Shown here: one piece after another, positions 41,514 to 49,657 of the stretch
Position numbering within the stretch: position 1 is the stretch's first letter
How the letters are laid out: each line of letters opens with the position of its first letter
Source: Meyerozyma guilliermondii
Taxonomy: Eukaryota
Direction of reading: 5' to 3'
DNA length: 64,000 bases
NCBI GenBank assembly: GCA_051546255.1
Contig: CP128817.1
Span: forward strand, 248,001 to 312,000
Position numbers and translations under genes: made by a program
Notes under the pieces: generated by a model
Told to the model about the DNA's origin: nothing
Databases searched by the model: none
The model's input: only the letters and a program-made list of their open reading frames with translations

Positions 41514-43718
41514 TCACAAGTCGAAACGCCCGTTGACGAACTCGACGTCATCCATTTGGTGCATTTCATCGTCTATCTGCATCTTCTCTTCCGGCTCCTC
41601 TTCTATGTGATCGTCATCGATGACATCTTCGTCAGGTGGAAGGTTAGGATTACCAGGGATGAAAGATCCTGGTGGCTGAAACGTATTCATTCGGTGCGAC
41701 TTGCCGAAATGATCTTCCATAGCAGAATCGTCCACATAGGTAAATCCTTTGAATTTGGCTTGAATTCCCGGCGACAACGGCGTCGTTGCAAGTTCGAGGT
41801 TCTTGCGCAATACTGACGTTGACTCTGATGTGAATTCGGGGTCAAAGTTGGATGTGTCTGTTTCAGAAGTCAAATGTGGTTTGAATGGTGGAGGAATGCT
41901 CTTGGCACGAAGCAAGTCCCAATCTATATCTTGGAAGAAAGCATGGGCTCGAAGTTCCTTGGCATCATTCACGGCACCAAGTCTATGCTTGGGATTTCTG
42001 TTCAAAAGACCCTTCACAAATGATCGACCTTCAGAGCTCAATACCTCTTTTGGAAACCGAACTTTGCCAAATGCAATATTCTTATACATCTGCTGGGTAT
42101 TGTCGGCGTAAAATGGCGACCATCCACAGCACATTTCGAATATTAAAACTCCAAGAGACCAAAAGTCCACCATCTTGGTGTAGCCGGATTCATCAAGTAA
42201 AACTTCGGGTGCCAAGTACTCGGTAGTTCCACAAAATGTGTTGGTTGTACCATCGTTGTTCAAGTTGGCCTTTGACAAACCAAAATCACAAAGAGCAATA
42301 TGTCCATTGGCGTCCAACAAGATGTTTTCAGGTTTCAAATCACGATATACAATATCATTATCATGTAAATGCTCAAGAGCCAACACTAATTCTGCAATGT
42401 AAAATTTGGCTCGATCTTCGGTGAAACGACCTTCTTTCTGTAAATGCCAAAAGAGTTCTCCTCCTGACATGTAGTCTGTAACCAAGTAAAGGTCTGTGGG
42501 TGTTTGGAAAGAAAATTTTAAGCCAACAATGAATGGAGAAGCAGCAGCTGACGTACGTACAAGAATATCACGTTCGCCAATGGTATGAGCAATTTCCTTC
42601 TTTTTAACAATAACTTTCTTTGACAACACTTTCATCGCATAAATTCGATCGGTATCCTTTTTCTTGACCTGAAACACCTGTCCAAAGGTTCCTTTACCCA
42701 AAAGCCTCAACACCTCAAAGTCATCTGGAGTGCACAGTTTTTTGTCGGATGACTTGTACCTCCATTCAACTCTGATTTGTCCATCAACTCTTTCACCAAC
42801 GATTCTGGGACGCAAGTTCAAAAGTTGAGGTTTTTGGTGGGCTTCAGAACCAATAGTCGAAGGAAAAATCCTCACATGGCCCAAGAAAGCATCGTCACGG
42901 GCCGCGTCGTAAACTGAAACATCAAGCTCAGATCTTGATCCAACCACATCGAACGTAGCTTCGTGGTTCCATATTGGGTTCGAGGAATCCGATTGGGTGA
43001 ATCCAAAGTTCATTTGCTGACTCGACGACTGTCTTTGATATAAAGTTGGTCTTGAGCCTTCTTTTTGAGATTTTGCAACCGGGACCGGGGCATGTTGATA
43101 TGTATTGTCAGGGACCTTGAAACCAGGCGAATTATTGTAGGAATGGGGGCCGTGAGAAATAAACTCGGAACTTTCGAATGTGCATACAACATACGGCTGT
43201 GAACCATTGGACGACACAAGAAGACCATGGGCTTCTATGATGGAGACCTTGAGTCTTCCCTTTGGTTGGGAGCTGTTTTTGGACGCTGGGCGACGATTTT
43301 GGCCCCTCTCGTCGGTGGTTATAATAATAGGCTGCGACGAAGAATCGGTCATCTCTTGGTCCTGTGAGCTGGCGTTAGATGTGGCGTAGCTGGTTTCCTG
43401 GCCACTAACGGGAGCATCATGTAGTTCGTTCATCAAGGAGCTGTTTGAGTAATTATGTTGTAAATCGCCCACGGTACGAGTTTGATACAAGAAACGTTCA
43501 CTTGCTGTTTCGTGGCCAGCATGCGACGAAGTGGTGCCGTAAGCCAACGAATTGTCGGAAAGTGCTGTTGTGGGGGCGGCGCTGCTGAGTCCCTTGGGCA
43601 ACAACTTGGAATTGAAGGCCGATTCGGTACCGTCGCTATGATTCATTTCAGGAGTAGGAGATTGACTTTTTTTTTGAAAACCACTAAAATGGAAAAATGA
43701 CTTTGGAAAGTCGGGCAT
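41514..43718 (-). CDS. SCH9: AGC-family Ser/Thr kinase Sch9 with C2 domain
   Basis: C2 domain (LKVSIIEA, PYVVCTFES), GKGTFGQV, VYRDLKPEN, activation loop TNTFCGTTEY and hydrophobic motif FKGFTYV. First ATG at 43718. Confidence 0.96.
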   Translation of the reverse strand: MPDFPKSFFHFSGFQKKSQSPTPEMNHSDGTESAFNSKLLPKGLSSAAPTTALSDNSLAYGTTSSHAGHETASERFLYQTRTVGDLQHNYSNSSLMNELHDAPVSGQETSYATSNASSQDQEMTDSSSQPIIITTDERGQNRRPASKNSSQPKGRLKVSIIEAHGLLVSSNGSQPYVVCTFESSEFISHGPHSYNNSPGFKVPDNTYQHAPVPVAKSQKEGSRPTLYQRQSSSQQMNFGFTQSDSSNPIWNHEATFDVVGSRSELDVSVYDAARDDAFLGHVRIFPSTIGSEAHQKPQLLNLRPRIVGERVDGQIRVEWRYKSSDKKLCTPDDFEVLRLLGKGTFGQVFQVKKKDTDRIYAMKVLSKKVIVKKKEIAHTIGERDILVRTSAAASPFIVGLKFSFQTPTDLYLVTDYMSGGELFWHLQKEGRFTEDRAKFYIAELVLALEHLHDNDIVYRDLKPENILLDANGHIALCDFGLSKANLNNDGTTNTFCGTTEYLAPEVLLDESGYTKMVDFWSLGVLIFEMCCGWSPFYADNTQQMYKNIAFGKVRFPKEVLSSEGRSFVKGLLNRNPKHRLGAVNDAKELRAHAFFQDIDWDLLRAKSIPPPFKPHLTSETDTSNFDPEFTSESTSVLRKNLELATTPLSPGIQAKFKGFTYVDDSAMEDHFGKSHRMNTFQPPGSFIPGNPNLPPDEDVIDDDHIEEEPEEKMQIDDEMHQMDDVEFVNGRFDL

Positions 43719-43876
43719 GTGTGACGTACCAACACCTGGTATCACCAATGACAAATGCTACGGGTAAATTATGCCAACAAAGATGATGGAGAAGATTGGA
43801 CAAAGAAATAACCCTGGTACAACTAGAATGTGTTCAGCGCTGCAAAACCACAGGCGCACTCACAAGAAGCGTCAGA

Positions 43877-44053
43877 CTAGATGTTAGTACGGAATTCATA
43901 CCAATAACTGTCAAATAATGTCGTCTCGATGGCAACTTCTCCTTAATGCCTCAGATGATTTTAGCGGTAATAATAAGTGACGTCATCCGCAATGACCTGT
44001 CTACATTCCCCACTCCACCGTGGCAAATTGCAATCATAAAACGTCATACTTAC
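43877..44053 (-). other. Probable spliceosomal intron in the SCH9 5'-UTR (177 nt)
   Basis: Minus strand: GTAAGT at 44053-44048, TACTAAC at 43889-43883, then ATCTAG ending at 43877. Confidence 0.65.
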
Positions 44054-44662
44054 TTAGCCAAGATGCACTGGTCGTAATACTAAGGTTTCGGTGCAGAAAA
44101 AGTTGTTATATTGGTCCAGATAACAACCGTCGGTGCAGACACGCTGGAGATGCACCTTGGGTTTTATGCAGTATGTGCATATGAGTTCCGAGACGTCGGA
44201 GCGAAGACGTGAGGTTTATCATGTTTTAGATACAAACTTATCAAAGTCAATGGTTCCTAAAGGTGTATAATTTCGGTAACTGAGTTGTGGCAGATGCTAA
44301 GTCGCACTATGTTAGCCTCTATTTACCCTTCTGATTCCGTTTTTAGCCGCAAGCGGATATATGCAATGCACCTTCTGAATTAAGCGATTGGCGCTGCATT
44401 TGTAGAACCTTTTGCATCGCGAAAAATTCTAACGAATTGAATACGAATTGCAGCAAGTATTCAAAATTTAAATTGTAAGGTGAATCTACTATTCGCCAAA
44501 TTTCCTCGCGTAGCTTGTCCTCCTAATTACACTTTCCAATTCTTAATCTTAACCGCTAATCACCGGCTACTTAAACCAAACACCCACGTTATACTGGTAA
44601 AGTTGTGCTTATATAAGCGGCGGTCGCACACTTTTCACAATTTCCACAACTCCACCAACCTC

Positions 44663-45430
44663 ATGTTGGCATCTGTCCTTTCTCCCATAATACGGGGTTC
44701 GCAATTCCAAACGGCCGTCCGGCTGTTCAGCGTCACGGCGCCTGCCAGCAAAGATAAATACTACAAGATCCTCAGATATACGAAACCGGTTGATACTACC
44801 GTCTATAAGGCGGGAGATTCTGCCGAGGGTTTGAACATTCCGATCAGGAAGAAGACACATCCGGTCTACTCGTATGAAACAATGTTCTTCAAGCGCCAGA
44901 ACAAGGGATTGTTCGGTGGATTACAAAGAACCAGGTCCAAAACATGTTCCGAAGCCGGTAACAAGAACCTTAGAGCACATCTTCCAAACATTGTTAAAGC
45001 AAAGTTGTGGTCAGAAACATTGAACAAGAGCATTCAAACCAAGGTCACCACCACGGTTTTACGTACTGTGACCAAGGAGGGAGGATTGGACAACTACCTC
45101 ACCAAAGATAAACCAGCTCGAGTAAAGACCTTGGGTTTAAAGGGCTGGAAATTACGCTACGAAGTGATGAAAAAACGGGAATTGGACCAGTTGCCACCAG
45201 TTACTGTTAACAACGAGTCGAAACCAGTTCTATATGTGCATAAAGATGGCAAAAAGTTGTTTGTTGGACGCAACAAGTTACTTAAATACTTGTACCCTGA
45301 GGTCAAGAGGGACAGTTACAAGGCTATCAGCTGGCCAGAATTCTTAAGAAACCATACATACTTGACCACCGAGGAAATCGTGGACAAACTAGAGAGCTAC
45401 AACTTTGACTTTACCAAAGTTGCAGCCTAA
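44663..45430 (+). CDS. MRPL24: Mitochondrial ribosomal protein bL28m
   Basis: FKRQNKGLFGG, PNIVKAKLWSETL and VLRTVTKEGGLDNYL, with a presequence-like N-terminus from ATG 44663. Confidence 0.93.
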   Translation: MLASVLSPIIRGSQFQTAVRLFSVTAPASKDKYYKILRYTKPVDTTVYKAGDSAEGLNIPIRKKTHPVYSYETMFFKRQNKGLFGGLQRTRSKTCSEAGNKNLRAHLPNIVKAKLWSETLNKSIQTKVTTTVLRTVTKEGGLDNYLTKDKPARVKTLGLKGWKLRYEVMKKRELDQLPPVTVNNESKPVLYVHKDGKKLFVGRNKLLKYLYPEVKRDSYKAISWPEFLRNHTYLTTEEIVDKLESYNFDFTKVAA

Positions 45431-45464
45431 TGTACATAGCTAGACCGAATAGTATTGGTATACG

Positions 45465-45566
45465 TCACGTGTTCTGTAGGGCTGCACCCCTGAGGTCGTC
45501 AGTTACTTGCCTGCACCCTGTGTTCTCACGTGTACAGGTTTCAATTCTCACTCGAAAAAAATTTCA
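45465..45566 (+). promoter_or_regulatory. RPL36 promoter with two Cbf1 sites, a Tbf1-like site and an RRPE-like tract
   Basis: TCACGTG 45465-45471 and 45526-45532; TAGGGCT 45477-45483; GAAAAAAATTTCA 45554-45566. Confidence 0.6.
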
Positions 45567-45585
45567 CACTAGACTACAGAACATA

Positions 45586-46057
45586 ATGGCTAAATCTGGT
45601 ATGTGGTTTGCTTGAAAGAAGAAGAACGGAATGACAATGTCAATGTGTAGAGAAAGTGTGGTTCCTTTCAGAGGTGGACTGGTTCCTTTTTATCATGAAT
45701 AATTTTTTCCACTTTTCTTGACATTTAGATTCCGTCATCGTGATTTTATGGCTTGGTTACTAACATTCAGGTATTGCAGTTGGTTTAAACAAGGGTCACA
45801 AGGTCTCCGCTAAGGAGGTCGCCCCAAAGATCTCCTACAGAAAGGGTGCTCTTTCCAAGAGAACTGACTTTGTCAGAAGCATTGTCAAGGAGGTTTCTGG
45901 ATTGGCTCCTTACGAGAGAAGATTGATTGAATTGATCAGAAATGCTGGTGAGAAGAGAGCCAAGAAGTTGGCCAAGAAGAGATTGGGTACCCACAAGAGA
46001 GCCTTGAGAAAGGTTGAAGAAATGAACAAGGTCATTGCTGAGTCGAGAAGACACTAA
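45586..46057 (+). CDS. RPL36: 60S ribosomal protein eL36; exons 45586-45598 and 45771-46057, intron 45599-45770
   Basis: ATG GCT AAA TCT G|GTATGT...TACTAAC(45758-45764)ATTCAG|GT ATT GCA... gives 99 aa [16 protein letters not shown]...[11 protein letters not shown]...KRLGTHKRA...SRRH. Strong codon bias. Confidence 0.97.
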
Positions 46058-46214
46058 ATTCTCGGGGATACACGCTAATTCCTCACATCACCATGTGTAA
46101 TATCATCGTTCTATTACTCTGTAGTTACTGTTATAGGTATACTAGGTAATGCACCAATTTTGACTTGATGTAGTTTTGGTAACAAATTTCGCTCGCATTC
46201 GCATCTTTTCACTA

Positions 46215-46890
46215 ATGATTAATAGAGTATCCAGATGCTTTAAACGGCCCTATTCACTTCCATCCCATTTTTCGAACCCATCTCTGGTGCCTCCTCAATA
46301 TGGTCAGCATCAACCATCCGAATTGCCCAAACCTGTCGAGGAAGGGACACAACAAAATAAAAGTCAGGAAACCTTTCAAGACAAAACCAATGAACGGAAT
46401 AACGAAAGTTCATTAAAAGAACTTTCATCAGTCGTCGCCATGTGTGCTCTTGCTTATATAGCCATCGACAACTATAACAATCGAATCCGATTAGAAAAAC
46501 TCAACAATGATTCAAATGCAATCAGTTTGAAAACATTACAACTTCAACAGGCTAACTTTTTGAATGCAAAAAAGAAACAAGATATGGTGATGATAGAAGA
46601 ACGTAAGGAGGCAAACCGACGCAATTTCAAAATGGGGCTTCATATTGCTTTGCTTCGTAAACAATTGAAAGAAGCAGGTATAGAACCTGCTGGGATCGAT
46701 GTCGCTACAAGAGAATACGAACTGAGTGTCCGTGCCGACAGTTCTGTGAAGCATGTCAGCGGCCAGGTTCTCTGGCTTGATGACAGTTCTGGTAAGTATA
46801 ATGATAATTGAGACGAAACTTGGTACTAACACAGAACTCAAGCAATATGTTCCAGATGCACATGAGTATGATAAAAGAAAGGACCAATAG
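46215..46890 (+). CDS. Uncharacterised protein, probably mitochondrial single-pass membrane with coiled coil; exons 46215-46791 and 46835-46890
   Basis: Basic N-terminus MINRVSRCFKRPYS, hydrophobic VVAMCALAYIAI and a coiled-coil region. Intron GTAAGT(46792)...TACTAAC(46824-46830)ACAG(46834). Spliced product is 210 aa. Confidence 0.7.
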
Positions 46891-46959
46891 TAAAGAAGAG
46901 GGTGCCAAACATAGTAAGAGAAAATGGTGAAAGGCAACTGAAATACTGCAAATAGTATC

Positions 46960-47009
46960 AGAATTGCAACTTTGTACATAGAATACTCGAGAATTGCAAC
47001 TTTGGACAT
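46960..47009. repeat. 20-bp direct repeat, two copies at 30-bp spacing
   Basis: AGAATTGCAACTTTGTACAT (46960-46979) and AGAATTGCAACTTTGGACAT (46990-47009), one mismatch. Confidence 0.85.
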
Positions 47010-47339
47010 TGCTCGTCATATCTGGTTAAAAATTGTCAGCAAGCATTGGTGGTTTGTGCATGGATCCAGATCAATTACATGCAATTCCTGAGCGTGGTAC
47101 CATATGGTGAAACCTCAACTCGTCTTATCACGAATCAAACTGTCTTTCAAGCAATACTTGTCTAGCTTTCACCGTTTCGCGACGTTGAACTCATCACAAA
47201 TGTTCATTATGTCACTTATAAATAGTACAGTTCTTCCATAAACCATTAGACTAGACACTAGACCTCTTCATCCCAGTATCATCCACCCCAGCTTAGTTCT
47301 AGTATCTATCACCTCTATCCTACCTGGCTCTGCTCCTGC

Positions 47340-47567
47340 ATCCATCTCTTACCCGGCGCGCCCTACAAAGTCATCGCGGAAGATTAATTCTTCATACAAT
47401 GTCTTTAATTAGGCGCCCATTAGAGTCACGGTTTATATGACTACTCCACATATAATCTATATCACTTTGTGATCCTTCGTGCTCGGGTAAGCCTTAGAGA
47501 GAGCGTTTTACCGGCCATTTTGTCGTGATTCCCAAGTGGGGATCTACGCGGCTCTAAACATACATTT
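47340..47567 (+). ncRNA. SNR11: Probable box H/ACA snoRNA, snR11-like (5' end uncertain)
   Basis: Bipartite guide TAGAGTC (47421-47427) and GCTC (47481-47484) is complementary to LSU rRNA GAGC-UU-GACUCUA. A second hairpin is followed by ACA (47562-47564) plus TTT. It lies between RPL36 and CMC4, as snR11 does in S. cerevisiae. Confidence 0.7.
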
Positions 47568-47714
47568 TCGTAGCTTTTATTTGTGTAGATGCAGTGGTGT
47601 AGTTCTATGGTGATATGTGATGCTGCTCACCCCTGAAATGAGCTTTACGTGTTTTTTCGTGATTTTGTAACTTTTTGGACACCATTATAGTCTGAAGATG
47701 GTCATGCTGCTTGT

Positions 47715-47984
47715 TCAGCCTCGTCTCAGATCTACCAATTCGGCATCGATTTTTCCCAACAGTCTTTGTTTGAGCTTAAGTTGTAACAAGCTGAATTTTG
47801 GACAGCATGTTGTCTGATTATCTGAGCCGTTTTCCTCGTAATACTTTCTACAACATAAGTAAAGGTTATCTATGACTTTCAGACATTTTGATTCATTATA
47901 ATTGTTGGCATTTAAGCAGTCCTGGATAGCACAGGCTTCCTTCAAACACGGATCCTTCTCGCAGCTAGAATTGGAATTCGACAT
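47715..47984 (-). CDS. CMC4: CX9C-motif mitochondrial intermembrane-space protein Cmc4 (MTCP1/p8-like)
   Basis: DPCLKEACAIQDCL...YNESKC...LYLCC...CCPK...LLQLKLKQ. Start at ATG 47984; 89 aa. Confidence 0.88.
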   Translation of the reverse strand: MSNSNSSCEKDPCLKEACAIQDCLNANNYNESKCLKVIDNLYLCCRKYYEENGSDNQTTCCPKFSLLQLKLKQRLLGKIDAELVDLRRG

Positions 47985-48121
47985 TATCAAATGAAAAGCT
48001 CTGGATTTGCAGTTCTCATTTACAATCAGTATATACCGTACAATTGCTATGTGGTGTATTCGGTGCTGATGAGGTGGATTTATGTTAGTGTCATTATTCG
48101 TGCTATGTAGTCTATAGGATC

Positions 48122-49201
48122 TCAAGCCACCAAGTTCTTGTCGAGATCAGTATGATAATCGTCCTCTTCGTATTCGCTAGGCTCGTAAATCACCAATGGA
48201 ACAAAATCATGTTTTGATTGTGCTTTGCTTGATTTGACCTTGTGGATATAAAACGTAGTACACCCTGAAAACACCGAGACAAGAATAGCCATAAGTCCCC
48301 ACCTGGAAATATGCCACCGAAGACTCTCAATTTCAGACCTCATGGCAGAGTTAAGTTCCGTGGTGATTTTATGATTGGTTTCTTGAATTCGAAGGATAAT
48401 CTTCTTCGACTGTAGCGTATTTTCAGACTTTTGGTCATTAGTGGCCACTTGAGTGTCGTTCTTCATTTTGATAAAATCTCCATTGAGCTCATCGGATAAA
48501 ATGTTAAAGTCACGTTCCAATAGATGGAGTAGGTTGGTAAGTTCATTTATATGCTTTTCCCGGGACCGGGTGATGTCGACTCGCAATTCTTGCTGGGCGC
48601 TTTCAAAGAGGTATTTCTCGTTTTCGAGCTCAAAGAGCTGGGAGTACTTAGTCGACAACTTTGATAGCTTGGTATTAATTTGTTTCACGATAAGGTTTAT
48701 GATTTCGTCGGCTTGCTCTCCTGTGAATCCAGCAGCCGCGAGCTGGGTATAAACACTGTAGGTGTCCATATACGGCTCCATATCTTCGAAAATTGTCGTA
48801 AGGTACTCGTCCTTTATTGCCTCCAGATTAGCCTCATCAGTAGCCTCATTTGCCTGTTCTGCGGAACTTTGGTCCTCTTCTACACTTCCACCACCACTGA
48901 CGTCCACTGGCTTTACATCTGGTTCGTATTGTGCTAGATTCACCGGCATATTTGTCCCAGATAATTTGGGCGGTTCCAGTTCCTTTGCTTTCTCAGTTGA
49001 TTCTGGTATAATTTTCGAGGCAGATGGGCTACTATTGGTATTGGGATCGGTCTTTGTGCTGTTACTGCTTCCATTTGAAGCCTTGGAAGTTTTGGCGTAG
49101 TTTCGATTCGATAACACGTAATTGTTATGAGGTCGAAACTTTATGAACCTTGCCTCAAAAGCACTCCTGCGTCGTATTCCATTACAGGCATATCTCAACA
49201 T
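48122..49201 (-). CDS. PUT7: Mitochondrial CCDC90/DUF1640 (MCUR1-like) coiled-coil membrane protein
   Basis: Presequence, DTY...L..AGFT.EQA motif, long coiled coil and RSEIESLRW followed by a TM helix. Length favours Put7/YLR283W over Fmp32/Put6. Confidence 0.7.
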   Translation of the reverse strand: MLRYACNGIRRRSAFEARFIKFRPHNNYVLSNRNYAKTSKASNGSSNSTKTDPNTNSSPSASKIIPESTEKAKELEPPKLSGTNMPVNLAQYEPDVKPVDVSGGGSVEEDQSSAEQANEATDEANLEAIKDEYLTTIFEDMEPYMDTYSVYTQLAAAGFTGEQADEIINLIVKQINTKLSKLSTKYSQLFELENEKYLFESAQQELRVDITRSREKHINELTNLLHLLERDFNILSDELNGDFIKMKNDTQVATNDQKSENTLQSKKIILRIQETNHKITTELNSAMRSEIESLRWHISRWGLMAILVSVFSGCTTFYIHKVKSSKAQSKHDFVPLVIYEPSEYEEDDYHTDLDKNLVA

Positions 49202-49478
49202 AGTCCAAACGACTTTCGTAGCACAATTAAGTGTGAAAACTTTAGTTTTATAGCAAGCGCTACGTACGATAGATTATTTGCGCACGAGCCTAGAATGACT
49301 GCGAAATCGCGACAGTTACACAAAATTGATGAGCAGTTATACAAGTAAAACAGCAGCGAAGACAACATAGAACTTGGAAATACTGATCTTACGTTGGCTC
49401 TCCCAGCATAAGGTTTCATAAAATTGCTGGTTTCTACTGGTTTCTGAAAGTCATGGAAAATAAAAGCAAAAAAGATAA

Positions 49479-49562
49479 TGAAGGATGCGAGGTTCGAACT
49501 CGCGCGGACAACCGTCCAGCAGATCTTAAGTCTGCCGCCTTAGACCACTCGGCCAACCCTCC
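49479..49562 (-). tRNA. tRNA-Leu (anticodon UAA), intronless, 84 nt
   Basis: Minus strand GGAGGGTTGGCCGAGTGGTCTAAGGCGGCAGACTTAAGATCTGCTGGACGGTTGTCCGCGCGAGTTCGAACCTCGCATCCTTCA. A and B boxes, long variable arm, and a T6 terminator at 49473-49468. Confidence 0.97.
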
Positions 49563-49657
49563 AATTGTTATGGGCATTGCAATCTGAGGGCTTATGACGG
49601 CATTCAGAGCGATATACCATCATCAATACGTCCTCTTCTAAATGATATTTATTGATT

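Noticed and set aside
43940..44040. C/D snoRNA inside the SCH9 5'-UTR intron
   Set aside because: A CTGA is present, but there is no good RTGATGA box, terminal stem or recognisable rRNA guide.
45430..45615. 61-aa ORF ending MAKSGMWFA
   Set aside because: It runs through the RPL36 promoter, exon 1 and into the intron; explained by the spliced gene.
45785..46054. 89-aa minus-strand ORF
   Set aside because: Antisense to RPL36 exon 2; open only because of the biased codon usage of the real gene.
46960..47009. Possible mini CRISPR array
   Set aside because: Only two copies with a 10-bp spacer, eukaryotic context, and no cas genes.
46536..47019. Hydrophobic minus-strand ORFs containing a repeated KVAIL
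   Set aside because: Antisense to the spliced + strand gene; the repeat simply reflects the 20-bp direct repeat.
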